Below, in pieces: positions 19,818 through 29,264 of a stretch of DNA of 64,000 nt. Position 1 is the stretch's first letter. Each line of letters opens with the position of its first letter. The notes under the pieces are model-generated. The model worked only from the letters and a program-made list of their open reading frames with translations. It was not told the DNA's origin and made no database searches. Source of the stretch: Halorussus marinus (GTDB lineage: Archaea > Halobacteriota > Halobacteria > Halobacteriales > Haladaptataceae); the NCBI RefSeq assembly GCF_004765795.1, contig NZ_SBIV01000002.1:434001-498000 (forward strand). The letters are read 5' to 3'. The position numbers and the translations under genes are program-made.

Positions 19818-20429
19818 ATGGAGGTCTACAACGTCACCGACGACGCCGAGACGTTCACGTCGAACGCGTTTCTGGCGGTCGGCGACCGAACGGTGCTGGT
19901 CGACGTCGGGAGCATGCCGGGCGTCGTCGACGTCGTCCGCGAGCGCGTCGACGACGTCGACGCGGTAGTGCTCACCCATCAGCACGGCGACCACGTCGGG
20001 GAACTCGACGCGGTGCTCGACGCGTTCGAGCCCGAACTGCTGTGTTACGACGATCATCCGCGCCGGACCCGCGAGCTTCACGACGGCGACATCGTCGAGA
20101 TCGGCGACGAGACGTTCGAGGCGGTGTACTCGCCGGGTCACGCCGACGACCACCTCGCGTTCGTCTCCGAGCGGACGATCTTCACCGGCGACGTGGTGAC
20201 CTACAGCGACGGCGCGTTCGACGACGGGAGCTTCGGTCGGACCGACGCCACCGGCCAGTCGCGCGAGCGGGAGATCAAGAGCATTAGAGAGATCCTGACG
20301 CGACTCCCCGCCAGCGTCGAGCGCATGTACGCCGGGCACGGCGAGTCGTTCCACGGCGACGTGACCGCGGTCATCGAGCGCGCGCTGGAGCGGGCCGAGC
20401 GCCGCGAGCCAAAGTACCCCGACGAGTAG
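19818..20429 (+). CDS. MBL-fold metallo-hydrolase
   Basis: THQHGDHVG, SPGHADD, FTGD, GRTD, YAGHG. Confidence 0.92.
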   Translation: MEVYNVTDDAETFTSNAFLAVGDRTVLVDVGSMPGVVDVVRERVDDVDAVVLTHQHGDHVGELDAVLDAFEPELLCYDDHPRRTRELHDGDIVEIGDETFEAVYSPGHADDHLAFVSERTIFTGDVVTYSDGAFDDGSFGRTDATGQSREREIKSIREILTRLPASVERMYAGHGESFHGDVTAVIERALERAERREPKYPDE

Positions 20430-20484
20430 CCCGGCGTCGGCGCTGTTCGGACGCGAGAGACGGTCGAGAAGCGACAGTCCGCGA

Positions 20485-20634
20485 TCAGGCGTTGCGCGGC
20501 TCTTTGCTCTTGGGCCGGAGGTTGCCGTAGCCGCACTTCCGGCAGTTGTCGGCCTCTTTGGGGTTCCGGGCGTTACACCGCATGCAGATCATCTTGTCGA
20601 GGATTCGCGACTCCGCCTTCTCGAAGCTAGCCAT
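20485..20634 (-). CDS. rpl40e: 50S ribosomal protein L40e
   Basis: [12 protein letters not shown]...[12 protein letters not shown], 49 aa. Confidence 0.97.
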   Translation of the reverse strand: MASFEKAESRILDKMICMRCNARNPKEADNCRKCGYGNLRPKSKEPRNA

Positions 20635-20702
20635 AGGGGTGGGTTGGCCGCCGCCGCGTTTAAACCTTACCGAGTGGGCTCGGCGGGGCGCCGTCTCGGC
20701 GA

Positions 20703-21212
20703 CTACGGCGAGTCCTCGCCGGCGTCGAGGTACTCCTGCTGGACCGCCACGACGTCCGCGGAGTCCTCGCAGTCGGCGTACCGCCGGAGGGGCTCGGCGT
20801 TGAGGTCCAGAAACGTCTCGCCCCACGTAAACTTCGAGAGGATCGCCTCGGCGTGCTCGCGCTCGCCGAGGATCGTCAGGGCGCCGGCGAACGCCTCGAC
20901 GGTGTTGAGTTCGAAGGGCGTCCCGTAGCTGACGGGATTGGCCGCGACCAGAAACGGGAGCGCGCGGTGGACCCCGGGCATCTCGAACAGCGCCCGCTCG
21001 GCGGTCTCCCACGAGCAGTCGAGCGCGACCAGCCGGTCGGTCTCGGCGCGGTCGGCCGGCGAGAGCGCCCGCTCGGCGTGGGGGTTCAGGACGATGCCGT
21101 AGGGCGTCTCGCGGTCGCTCCGGTGGAGCTCGGCGAGGTCGAAGCGCGCGAGCTTGCGCGCCGTGCACTTGTCTGGGTCGTCGTCGCCCTCGTACCGGAC
21201 GTGGAGGTTCAC
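20703..21212 (-). CDS. tsr3: 16S rRNA aminocarboxypropyltransferase Tsr3 (DUF367)
   Basis: [47 protein letters not shown]. Confidence 0.93.
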   Translation of the reverse strand: MNLHVRYEGDDDPDKCTARKLARFDLAELHRSDRETPYGIVLNPHAERALSPADRAETDRLVALDCSWETAERALFEMPGVHRALPFLVAANPVSYGTPFELNTVEAFAGALTILGEREHAEAILSKFTWGETFLDLNAEPLRRYADCEDSADVVAVQQEYLDAGEDSP

Positions 21213-21330
21213 TGGCGGGAGGTAGGCACGTCCGAGTCAAAAGTCGCTCGGAGGGCGATACGCCCCGAGCGCGGCCGCTGTCGAGCCGAGAATCAGACCA
21301 GTTTTGTACCCCGAAACAGACAGCCCATCT

Positions 21331-21921
21331 GTGCCGCGGTTCGACTACCCGTGTCCCGACTGCCGGACCACCACCAACCTCCACGGCCCCGACTGCCGGT
21401 TCGAGGGCGAGGAGTGGGCCGACATCGAGAAGGCCTACACGGACGTCGTGGCGGTCCTCTCGGGCGGGCCGCGAGGAGCCGACGACCTCCGGGAGGCTGT
21501 CCACGGGGCGTGGGACAAGCTCCACCAGGCCGCCGTAGAGCGACTCCAGCACGAACAGCGCGTGCTGGAGACCGAGAGCGGCGACCTCCAGTTGCTGACC
21601 GCCGAGGAGTACAAAGAGCATGTCACCGACCCGACCATCGAGCCGATCAAGACCGTCGCCCAGAAGGGGTCGGTGCCGGGCGCCCACGACAACGCCGTGT
21701 TCGCGATGATCGCGTGGTACGAGATGGTCGGCCTCTCGTGGGACGAGACCCGCGAGCGGGTCGTCGACTGGCTCCGCGAGACCGGGACGTGGTCCCGGGG
21801 CGGGTTCGAGGAGTCCTCGCCCGAGGAGCTGGTGGCCCGCAAACGCCACGTCTACGAGTCGGGGTACGGCTGGAAGGAGAAGGCCGAGGCCGCGAAGGCT
21901 GTCATCGACCGAAGCCTGTAA
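21331..21921 (+). CDS. Hypothetical protein: N-terminal Zn-finger and helical C-domain, convergent with PCNA
   Basis: CPDC-x6-H-x3-C; acidic haloarchaeal codon pattern; GTG start. Confidence 0.8.
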   Translation: MPRFDYPCPDCRTTTNLHGPDCRFEGEEWADIEKAYTDVVAVLSGGPRGADDLREAVHGAWDKLHQAAVERLQHEQRVLETESGDLQLLTAEEYKEHVTDPTIEPIKTVAQKGSVPGAHDNAVFAMIAWYEMVGLSWDETRERVVDWLRETGTWSRGGFEESSPEELVARKRHVYESGYGWKEKAEAAKAVIDRSL

Positions 21922-21945
21922 TCGCCGGGAGCGTCGAGCGAGCGC

Positions 21946-22689
21946 TCAGTCGCTCTGGATCCGGGGCGCGAGCATGAAGGTGACGTTGCCCTGCCCTTCT
22001 GCGATCGCGAAGTGGAGCTTGACGGGGAACTCCTCGCCGAGTTCGACGGTGACCTCGGCGTCGCCCGGGACGGCCTTGTTCATGTCCTTGAGGTAGTCGA
22101 GACTGAACAGCGACCGGGCCGGCCCCGCGTCGAGGTCGATGAGGTCCTCGCGGTCGAGTTCGAGGCGCACGTCGTCGGTGTCGCCCTCGGCCTCCACGAC
22201 GAAGGTCTCGGCGTCGGGGTCGACCGCCAGCGCGATGTGGTCGCTCACCATGTCGGCGGCGGTGACCGACCGGTCGATGTCGGCGCCCTCGACGACGATC
22301 TCCGAGGAGAGGTCGAGGTCGGGGATGTCGGGCTCCTGTCGGATAGAGTCGGGATCGATGAGCGCGAGGGTGTACTCGAGGCCGTCGATCTGGATGTGGA
22401 GCTTGCGGGTCTCCTCGTCGAGTTCGAGGTGGATGGGCTGGTCGCCGCTCGCCATCCCCGCGATGTCGTCGAGTCGATCGAGGTTCACGCCGATGATACC
22501 GCCGTCGGCCTCGTAGGATTCGAACGCGGTCGCCGAGAGTTCGAGGTCCACCATCCCGACGTTCGCGGGGTCGACGGCCCGGATGGAGAGCCCGTCCTCT
22601 TCGAGGTGGATCTTGCACTCGTCCACCAGCACGCTCACGGAATCGATAGCATCCCGGAGCGTGTCAGCGCTCACGATAGCCTTAAACAT
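21946..22689 (-). CDS. pcn: DNA polymerase sliding clamp PCNA
   Basis: [25 protein letters not shown] and MLAPRI motifs; 247 aa. Confidence 0.97.
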   Translation of the reverse strand: MFKAIVSADTLRDAIDSVSVLVDECKIHLEEDGLSIRAVDPANVGMVDLELSATAFESYEADGGIIGVNLDRLDDIAGMASGDQPIHLELDEETRKLHIQIDGLEYTLALIDPDSIRQEPDIPDLDLSSEIVVEGADIDRSVTAADMVSDHIALAVDPDAETFVVEAEGDTDDVRLELDREDLIDLDAGPARSLFSLDYLKDMNKAVPGDAEVTVELGEEFPVKLHFAIAEGQGNVTFMLAPRIQSD

Positions 22690-22834
22690 CTTGCCGAGGG
22701 CTACGAACCCCCGCCATAAAAAACACCCGTTCGGGCGCGCACGCGCGAGGCCCCGACGGTCTCGGCGTCGGGCAGTCCCGGCCCGTCGGGGCGCCTCGGC
22801 GACGAGTGTCGAGCGCTCGCGGGACCGGAGCCGG

Positions 22835-23545
22835 TCAGGGGTCGGCGTCTCGGGCGGCCGGCGTCGCCCGGGTGGCGGTCGCTTTGAACGACGCGACGAC
22901 CGCGACCCCGGGTTCGAGCCCGAGCCGGTCGACGCTGTCGAGGGTGACGACCGCGACCAGCGGCTCGTCGAGGCCCACGTCGACCGCGACCCGGCCCACG
23001 GTCTCCCCGCCGGAGACGCCCGCGACCGCCCCGGCGAGCCGGTTCCGGGCGCTGGTGGCGGTCTCGCCCGGCGCATCGACCGGCTCGTGAAGCGTCACCG
23101 CGTCGGCCCGGACGGTCACCTGCACCGTCGAGGCGTCGGGGGGCGCGAGCGCGTGGACCCGCCCGGCGTCGGTCTCGACCGCGACGAGTTCGCCGTCGCG
23201 GTCGCGGACCTCGCCACGGAGGACGTTCTCGTCGGCGGTGGTCAGGCCGGTGAACTCCGCACAGAGCCGGTCGAAGCGGGCGAGCAACGCGCGGGCGTCG
23301 GCCGTGAGCGCGCTTCCGCCGCCGTCCGAGCCCCCGCGGGTGCGCTCGACGAGCGATCCGAACGCCGCCTCGAGCTCGCCGAGCCGTCGGTGGGCGTGGG
23401 CGTACGACCGGCCCAGCTCCCCGGCGGCGGCGTTCAGCGAGCCGGCGGCCCGGATCGCCCGGAGGAGGTCGGCGTCGCGCTCGTCGAACACCACGCCGTC
23501 GGCGGCGAGGCGGGCCTCGAACTCGCGGGTGGGCGAATCGCTCAT
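22835..23545 (-). CDS. ModE-like regulator (wHTH plus TOBE domains)
   Basis: [14 protein letters not shown]...[19 protein letters not shown]...ASFKA TOBE; last gene of the tup operon. Confidence 0.9.
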   Translation of the reverse strand: MSDSPTREFEARLAADGVVFDERDADLLRAIRAAGSLNAAAGELGRSYAHAHRRLGELEAAFGSLVERTRGGSDGGGSALTADARALLARFDRLCAEFTGLTTADENVLRGEVRDRDGELVAVETDAGRVHALAPPDASTVQVTVRADAVTLHEPVDAPGETATSARNRLAGAVAGVSGGETVGRVAVDVGLDEPLVAVVTLDSVDRLGLEPGVAVVASFKATATRATPAARDADP

Positions 23546-23547
23546 AC

Positions 23548-24423
23548 TCAGTACAGCAGCTCCCCGGTTACGAACTTTCGCGTTCTGGGGTCGTCGGGGT
23601 CGTCGAACACCTGTTCGGGCGGGCCGGTCTCGATGACGGTGCCGTCGAGCAGGACCGCCACCCGGTCGGAGATCCGCTCGGCCTGATGCATGTCGTGGGT
23701 GGCCACGACGACGCCCAGCCCCGCCTCGCGGGCCTCGGCGACGACCGCTTCCAGCACCGCGGTGTTTCGCGGGTCGAGGTTCGAAGTGGGCTCGTCGAGC
23801 AAGAGCACGTCGGGCTCGACCGCCAGCGCGCGCGCGAACGCGACCCGCTGGGCCTCCCCGCCCGACAGCGACAGCGCGTTCCGGTCGGCCTTCTCGGCGA
23901 GCCCGACGGTTTCTAGGGCCTCCCGGACGCGGTCGGACGGGTCGGTCCGTCCGATCGCGCGGGCCGCGGCGTCCCGGAGTCGGTCGCGCCACGACGATCT
24001 GACCCGGAGCCCGTAGCCGACGTTGCGCGCGACGCTCTCGTTGAACAGCGCCGGCTCCTGAAACACCGTCCCGATCCGGCGCCGGATCGCGAGGCGCTCC
24101 TCGTCGGACCGGCCCCAGACGTCCCGACCCTCCCACCGGACGGTGCCGGCGTCGGGCGGCCGAAACAGCCCGAGCAGGCCCAAAAGCGTGGTCTTGCCCG
24201 CGCCGGAGGGGCCGACCACCGTGAGCACCTCGCCAGGCGCGACCGACAGCGACGCCGCCGAGAACAGGGGTTCGTCGCCGTAGGCGTAGCGGATGTCGTC
24301 GGCGGTCAGGGTCGGGGCCCGCTCGTCAGTCGAGCGCGCCGGCGCGACGCGTCTCGAGTCGGCGGAATCTTCGCGGCGACGGGCGGCTTGCTCGACGCCG
24401 TCGTCCCGGTCGGGCGGGCTCAC
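23548..24423 (-). CDS. tupC: Tungstate ABC transporter ATPase
   Basis: [38 protein letters not shown] overlap with the permease. Confidence 0.85.
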   Translation of the reverse strand: MSPPDRDDGVEQAARRREDSADSRRVAPARSTDERAPTLTADDIRYAYGDEPLFSAASLSVAPGEVLTVVGPSGAGKTTLLGLLGLFRPPDAGTVRWEGRDVWGRSDEERLAIRRRIGTVFQEPALFNESVARNVGYGLRVRSSWRDRLRDAAARAIGRTDPSDRVREALETVGLAEKADRNALSLSGGEAQRVAFARALAVEPDVLLLDEPTSNLDPRNTAVLEAVVAEAREAGLGVVVATHDMHQAERISDRVAVLLDGTVIETGPPEQVFDDPDDPRTRKFVTGELLY

Positions 24424-25124
24424 TGAGACCCCCTCCCGCGGCCGCGACTCCGGACCCACGAGCCGAGCCAGTTCACGCCGAGCACGAGCGCGAGCAACGC
24501 CGCCCCGAGCACGAGCCCAGCCTCGTAACGCCCCTGACGGGCCTCGACCGTGATGGCGGTCGTCAGCGTCCGGGTGTAGGAGGTGCCGTCGCTGTAGACG
24601 ATGTTGCCCCCGACGATGAGGATCGAGCCCACCTCGCTGATCGCCCGGCCGAACCCCGCCAGCACCGCGGTGACGATGCCGTAGCGGGCCTCCTTGATCA
24701 CCGCGAGCGCCACGTCGGCGTCGGTGCCCCCGAGCGCGAACGCGGCGTCTCGAACGTCCTCGCCGACGCTCTCGACCGCCGAGAGGCTGATCGAGGTGAT
24801 GACCGGCGTCGCGAGCACGAACTGCGAGAGGATCATCGCCTTCGGCGTGAACACCAACCCGAGCTCCCCGAGCGGTCCCTGATTCGAGACGAGCAACAGG
24901 ACGAGCAGTCCCACCACCACGCTCGGGAACCCCATGCCGGTGTTGATGACCGCCGCCACCGCGCGCTTGCCGGGGAAGTCCCCGAACCCGACCGCGAGCG
25001 CGACCGGCAGGCTCGCGAGCGTGCTCAGCGCCACCGCGGTCCCGCTGACGTACAGCGAGACCGCGACGATGCTGAGAAAGTAGTTCCACCCGGCGTCCGG
25101 AAGCACGGCGGACTGGAGGAGCAT
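24420..25124 (-). CDS. tupB: Tungstate ABC transporter permease
   Basis: [28 protein letters not shown]...VGGNI...TRTLTTAI. Confidence 0.9.
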   Translation of the reverse strand: MLLQSAVLPDAGWNYFLSIVAVSLYVSGTAVALSTLASLPVALAVGFGDFPGKRAVAAVINTGMGFPSVVVGLLVLLLVSNQGPLGELGLVFTPKAMILSQFVLATPVITSISLSAVESVGEDVRDAAFALGGTDADVALAVIKEARYGIVTAVLAGFGRAISEVGSILIVGGNIVYSDGTSYTRTLTTAITVEARQGRYEAGLVLGAALLALVLGVNWLGSWVRSRGRGRGSQ

Positions 25125-26144
25125 TCAGTAGTCGTTTGGCACCTGTGTGTCCACCCAGTAGAGGAACTGGCGGTCGCGCTTCGAGAGGGACTCGGCCTGC
25201 TCGGCGGAGTAGCCCTGCGGGACGTACTGGCCGAAGTTGGGCTCCTCCGACAGCGCGTTCGGGAAGAACAACTGCGAGCCGTTCGCGGTGTAGTTGTCGA
25301 TGATAGACTGGCCTCGCGGACTCGTCAGGTAGCCGGCGTAGGCCATCGCGGCCTCGTAGTTGACGTTGTCGTGTTTCGCGGGGTTGACCGGGATGACGCC
25401 GTAGGGGTTCTTGAGGATGGTCGGCCCGCCCTGAAGCGGCCCCTGGACGAGGATGGTGAGGTCGATCTCGTCGCGCATCGAGAGGTACGTCCCGCGGTCG
25501 GCGAGCGTGTAGCCGCCGATCTGGTTGGTCTGGACCAGCGTGTCGCCCATCCCCTTGCCTACCTGCTGGTACCACTGGCCGCTCGGCTCGGCGTCCGACT
25601 GCCCCCAGATGTTGAGTTCCTTCTTGTTCGTGCCCGAGTCGTCGCCCCGGGAGACGAACGTCTCCCCGGAGTCGGCGATGGTCGCGAACGCCTCGGTGGC
25701 GCTGTCCATCCCCTCGATGCCCGCGGGGTCGTCGCTCGGCCCGACGACGACGAAGTCGTTGAACATCACGTCGCGGCGGTTGACGCCGTGGCCGTCCTGA
25801 AGGAACTTGTCTTCGGCGCCGCGGGCGTGGACGAGGATCACGTCGGCGTCGCCGTCCCGGGCGGTCCGGATCGACGCGCCGGTCCCCTTCGAGAGCGTCT
25901 TGATCGTGACGCCGAACGCCTCCTCGAAGGGCGGGTGGAGCGCGTCGAGCAGTCCCGTGTCGTACGTGCTCGTGGTCGTCGCGAGGACCAGTTCGCCGTC
26001 GCCGATGTCCCCGCCGCCGGTGTCGGCGGACTGCCCTGTGGTCGTCGTCTCCTGTGCCGTCGAATCGCCCCCGGTACAGCCTGCGAGCCCGAGCGTCGCC
26101 GCGACGCCCGCGGTCTGCAGGAACCGCCGCCGTTGTATCGGCAT
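25125..26144 (-). CDS. tupA: Tungstate-binding Tat lipoprotein
   Basis: QRRRFL and LAGC; TTTSTYDTGLLD, FVSRGDDSGT, GYTLADRGTY (TupA signatures). Confidence 0.93.
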   Translation of the reverse strand: MPIQRRRFLQTAGVAATLGLAGCTGGDSTAQETTTTGQSADTGGGDIGDGELVLATTTSTYDTGLLDALHPPFEEAFGVTIKTLSKGTGASIRTARDGDADVILVHARGAEDKFLQDGHGVNRRDVMFNDFVVVGPSDDPAGIEGMDSATEAFATIADSGETFVSRGDDSGTNKKELNIWGQSDAEPSGQWYQQVGKGMGDTLVQTNQIGGYTLADRGTYLSMRDEIDLTILVQGPLQGGPTILKNPYGVIPVNPAKHDNVNYEAAMAYAGYLTSPRGQSIIDNYTANGSQLFFPNALSEEPNFGQYVPQGYSAEQAESLSKRDRQFLYWVDTQVPNDY

Positions 26145-26154
26145 GTGAATAACG
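26131..26154 (-). promoter_or_regulatory. ModE-type operator overlapping the tupA start codon
   Basis: Minus strand CGTTATTCA-CATGCC-GATACAACG against the ModE-type consensus CGTTATATA-N6-TATATAACG: 7/9 in each arm with the same spacing. Confidence 0.6.
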
Positions 26155-26363
26155 GTCGGGAAGGCAGATATTAAACCTTACTTTCGAATCGAAACCGATA
26201 GCGGTTGCCCGCTCGAGAGCGTGTCACCGACAGAGACGCGGCGGGATCGGTCGAGTTACCCATTCCGGTTACGAATCCGTCGAGATCGGGGGCCGGACGA
26301 GCGCCGGTCGATGCGGTCCGACAAGCGAAGCGCGTAAGGAGCGCGGCCGGCTACAAGCGGTAA

Positions 26364-27122
26364 ATGAGTCACAAGGACCACTACTACAACAAGTCGAAAC
26401 AGGAGGGATACCGATCGCGGGCGGCCTACAAGCTCGAGCAACTCGACCGCGAGGAGAACCTCCTCGGGTCCGATCGGACGGTCGTCGACCTCGGAGCCGC
26501 CCCGGGCGGCTGGCTCCAGATCGCGGCCGAGACGGTCGGGGAGGGCGGCACGGTCGTCGGCGTCGACCTCCAGCGCATCGACCCGATCGACGGGGTCGAG
26601 ACCGTCCGGGGGGACATGACCGACGAGGAGACCAAAGAGCGAGTCCGGGCGGTCGCCGGCGAGTCGGTCGACGTCGTCCTCTCGGACATGGCGCCGAACA
26701 TGACCGGCGAGTACTCGGTCGACCACGCCCGGTCGGTCCACCTCGCCCGTCAGGCGTTCGAGACCGCCCTCGACGTGCTCGATTCGGGCGGGGACTTCGC
26801 GGTGAAGGTGTTCGAAGGGCCGGACCTCGACGACCTCCGCGCGGAGATCGACGAGGAGTTCCAGTACGTCCGGACGATGAGCCCCGACGCCTCCAGAGAC
26901 TCCTCCTCGGAGGTGTATCTCGTCGCGAAGGGCCGGACGACCGCGCCCGTGAGCGAGGGCGAGGAGATCGAAGTCGAGATCGTCGACACCGGCTCGGAGG
27001 GCGACGGTATCGCGAAGGTCGAAGGGTTCACACTCTTCGTCTCGGGCGCCGACGAGGGCGAGACCGTCGAGGTGCGGATCACCGAGATCAAACCCCGGTT
27101 CGGGTTCGCCGAGCTCGCCTAA
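26364..27122 (+). CDS. rlmE: 23S rRNA Um2552 methyltransferase with C-terminal TRAM domain
   Basis: YRSRAAYKL, DLGAAPGGW, VLSDMAP, KVFEG, SSEVY; TRAM GDGIAKVEGFTLFV. Confidence 0.96.
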   Translation: MSHKDHYYNKSKQEGYRSRAAYKLEQLDREENLLGSDRTVVDLGAAPGGWLQIAAETVGEGGTVVGVDLQRIDPIDGVETVRGDMTDEETKERVRAVAGESVDVVLSDMAPNMTGEYSVDHARSVHLARQAFETALDVLDSGGDFAVKVFEGPDLDDLRAEIDEEFQYVRTMSPDASRDSSSEVYLVAKGRTTAPVSEGEEIEVEIVDTGSEGDGIAKVEGFTLFVSGADEGETVEVRITEIKPRFGFAELA

Positions 27123-27328
27123 CGGGAGATCCAACAGTACGTCTGGATCGCGCCGAACACCAGCGCCAGCACGCCGTTCTCCACGAGTAAGAACAGCTGG
27201 GCCTGCTGGGGATCGACCTGGCGGACAACCAACAGCACGACGCCGAACAGGGTCGCCAGCACGAGGTTGTACTTCGCCAGCGCCGACCAACACGACTGGT
27301 CGAGTTCGATCAGGCCGTCGCTACCCAT
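27119..27328 (-). CDS. Small membrane protein (69 aa, 2 TM)
   Basis: MGSDGLIELDQSCWS...; two hydrophobic stretches; convergent 4-nt overlap with rlmE. Confidence 0.7.
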   Translation of the reverse strand: MGSDGLIELDQSCWSALAKYNLVLATLFGVVLLVVRQVDPQQAQLFLLVENGVLALVFGAIQTYCWISR

Positions 27329-27375
27329 GCCCAAGCCACGCCGCGGGTCCTGAAAAGTCGGACGGCGAAACGCCC

Positions 27376-28152
27376 CTACGCGGTCGAACTGTTCTTGGCC
27401 TCGTCGAGCCACGACGGCTCGGCGACGGTCGTCTCGCCAACGTCCGAGACGTTCATCGAGACCGAGAGGGTGGCCGCGGAGTCGGCCTGCGCGGTGTCGA
27501 CCGAGACCTCGAAGCTGTGGACGATGCCGCGCTCGTCGACCAGCGCGGTCGCGTCGTAGGCGGTGACGTTCGTCCCGCCGGGGACCGAGACGTTGGCGCC
27601 GTCGGCTCGGAGCACGACGACCGTCGTGCCGTCGATCTCCCGGACGCCGTCGGGCGTGAGGTTCGCGTTCGTCGCCGCGGCGTACTGTTCGAGGTACACC
27701 GCGCCCGAGAGCGACGACGGGACCACCTGTGAGGCCTGAGACGTGCGGTTGGTGACGCGGTAGGCGGTCTCGTTGCCGGCCGAGAGCCGCTGGTAGCGCT
27801 TCTCGGCGGTCGCGTAGATTTCGGTGCGCTGGCCCGCGCCCGAGACGTTCGCGCGGACCCGCTCGCGGTCGGGGCCGACCGCGGCGTCGAGTTCGGCCGA
27901 CTGCTCGCCCGACGAGCCGTTCTGGGCCGTGGCGAGCGACAGCGAGAAGCCGGTGCCGTTGAGCGCCTCGGCGTGGCCGGCGGCCAGCGCGGAGACGTTG
28001 GTCCCGTTCGCGGAGACCGCGTCGGGGTAGTTCATCTCGGCCGCCGCGTCGGCGGTCGTCGGTTCGTCGGCTCCGCCCGGAAGCGCGCCCGAACAGCCCG
28101 CCAGGACGACGAGACAGCCGACCGCTAACAGGAGGAGGGCATTGCGTCGCAT
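27376..28152 (-). CDS. Surface lipoprotein rich in N-glycosylation sequons (DUF7537-like)
   Basis: LVVLAGCSG lipobox; about 12 N-x-S/T sequons; C-terminal VGETTVAEPSW. Confidence 0.85.
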   Translation of the reverse strand: MRRNALLLLAVGCLVVLAGCSGALPGGADEPTTADAAAEMNYPDAVSANGTNVSALAAGHAEALNGTGFSLSLATAQNGSSGEQSAELDAAVGPDRERVRANVSGAGQRTEIYATAEKRYQRLSAGNETAYRVTNRTSQASQVVPSSLSGAVYLEQYAAATNANLTPDGVREIDGTTVVVLRADGANVSVPGGTNVTAYDATALVDERGIVHSFEVSVDTAQADSAATLSVSMNVSDVGETTVAEPSWLDEAKNSSTA

Positions 28153-28255
28153 GTACCGCCCGAAGTCGCGGGAGCCAAAAAGAGGTGTCGGTGTCCGCAC
28201 GATCCCGGCCCATCGAGGGCGAGTGCGGAGCGCGACCGACGGCGGACGCCGAGGC

Positions 28256-28996
28256 TCAGTCGGCGGCGCTCGCCGGAGTCGGGACGTGGCCCCGCGAACG
28301 GAGGTAGCCCACGACCGCGTAGACGAACGGCGTGTCCGCGAGCGCGATCAACAGCTTCAGGACGTACTGGCCGACCGCCAGCGAGACGAGCGCGCCGAGC
28401 CCCTGCGGGTCGGCCCCGCGGAGTGCGGGCATGACCGCGAACCCGACGCCGACGAAGATGACGGTGTCGAGAAGCTGGCTCGACGCGGTCGAGACGAGGT
28501 TGCGCGCCCAGAGGTGGGCTCCGCCGGTGAGTTCGCGGACGCGGTGGAAGACCGCCACGTCCCAGTTCTGGCTCACGACGTACGCGAGCAGACTCGCGAC
28601 CACGATGTTCGTGCTCGCGCCGAGCACCCGCTCGAAGGTCGCGGGATCGACGTCGCTGAACGGTGCGGCAGGCGCGGCGATGGTCGACCACACCAGTCCG
28701 AGCAACACGAAGTTCATCGCGAAGCCCACGAGCACGACCTTCCGGGCCTCGGTTGGGCCGTAGAGCTCGGAGTAGCAGTCCGAGGCGAAAAACGTCAGCG
28801 CGTACGCCAGCGCCGCGCCGGGCATCACGAGCGACTCGCCGGCGAGCGGGAGCGCGACCGGCACCGAGAACGCGAGCAGTTTCGAGGCGGTGAGCTGGGC
28901 GGTCACCAGCGCGGTGACGAACAGCGCCACGAGGGCGATCCGGCCCGTCGCGAGCGCGTCGACCTCGCCGCGGTACGGGTTCGACCCGCTACTCAT
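28256..28996 (-). CDS. Queuosine/archaeosine precursor transporter (YhhQ/VUT family)
   Basis: YALTFFASDCYSELYG, ASLLAYVVSQNWDV, RNLVST..SQLLDT, DTPFVY. Confidence 0.92.
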   Translation of the reverse strand: MSSGSNPYRGEVDALATGRIALVALFVTALVTAQLTASKLLAFSVPVALPLAGESLVMPGAALAYALTFFASDCYSELYGPTEARKVVLVGFAMNFVLLGLVWSTIAAPAAPFSDVDPATFERVLGASTNIVVASLLAYVVSQNWDVAVFHRVRELTGGAHLWARNLVSTASSQLLDTVIFVGVGFAVMPALRGADPQGLGALVSLAVGQYVLKLLIALADTPFVYAVVGYLRSRGHVPTPASAAD

Positions 28997-29162
28997 CCTC
29001 CAGCCTCCCGTGGCGCTCGTCGATCTCGTCGAGCACGTCGAGCATCTTGCGAACCGACGCCCGCACCGCCTCGCTCCGATTGACGAACTTCCCCTCCTCC
29101 CCGACGTGGTCGTCGAGGTCGTCGAGTAGCTCGTCGGGCACTTCCACGCTTATCTTGGTCAT
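28989..29162 (-). CDS. Ribbon-helix-helix (CopG/Arc/MetJ) regulator, 57 aa
   Basis: MTKISVEVPDELLDDLD...KFVNRSEAVRASVRKML; overlaps the transporter start; not in the ORF track. Confidence 0.88.
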   Translation of the reverse strand: MTKISVEVPDELLDDLDDHVGEEGKFVNRSEAVRASVRKMLDVLDEIDERHGRLEDE

Positions 29163-29264
29163 ATCCGAGTATTATCGCTCGGTCGTATAAACTGTTCGAC
29201 GCCGGAGAGGTAGGGCCGGCGCCGACGAGTCACGGACCGACGGGCGGATCGAAAAGCGGAGCGG

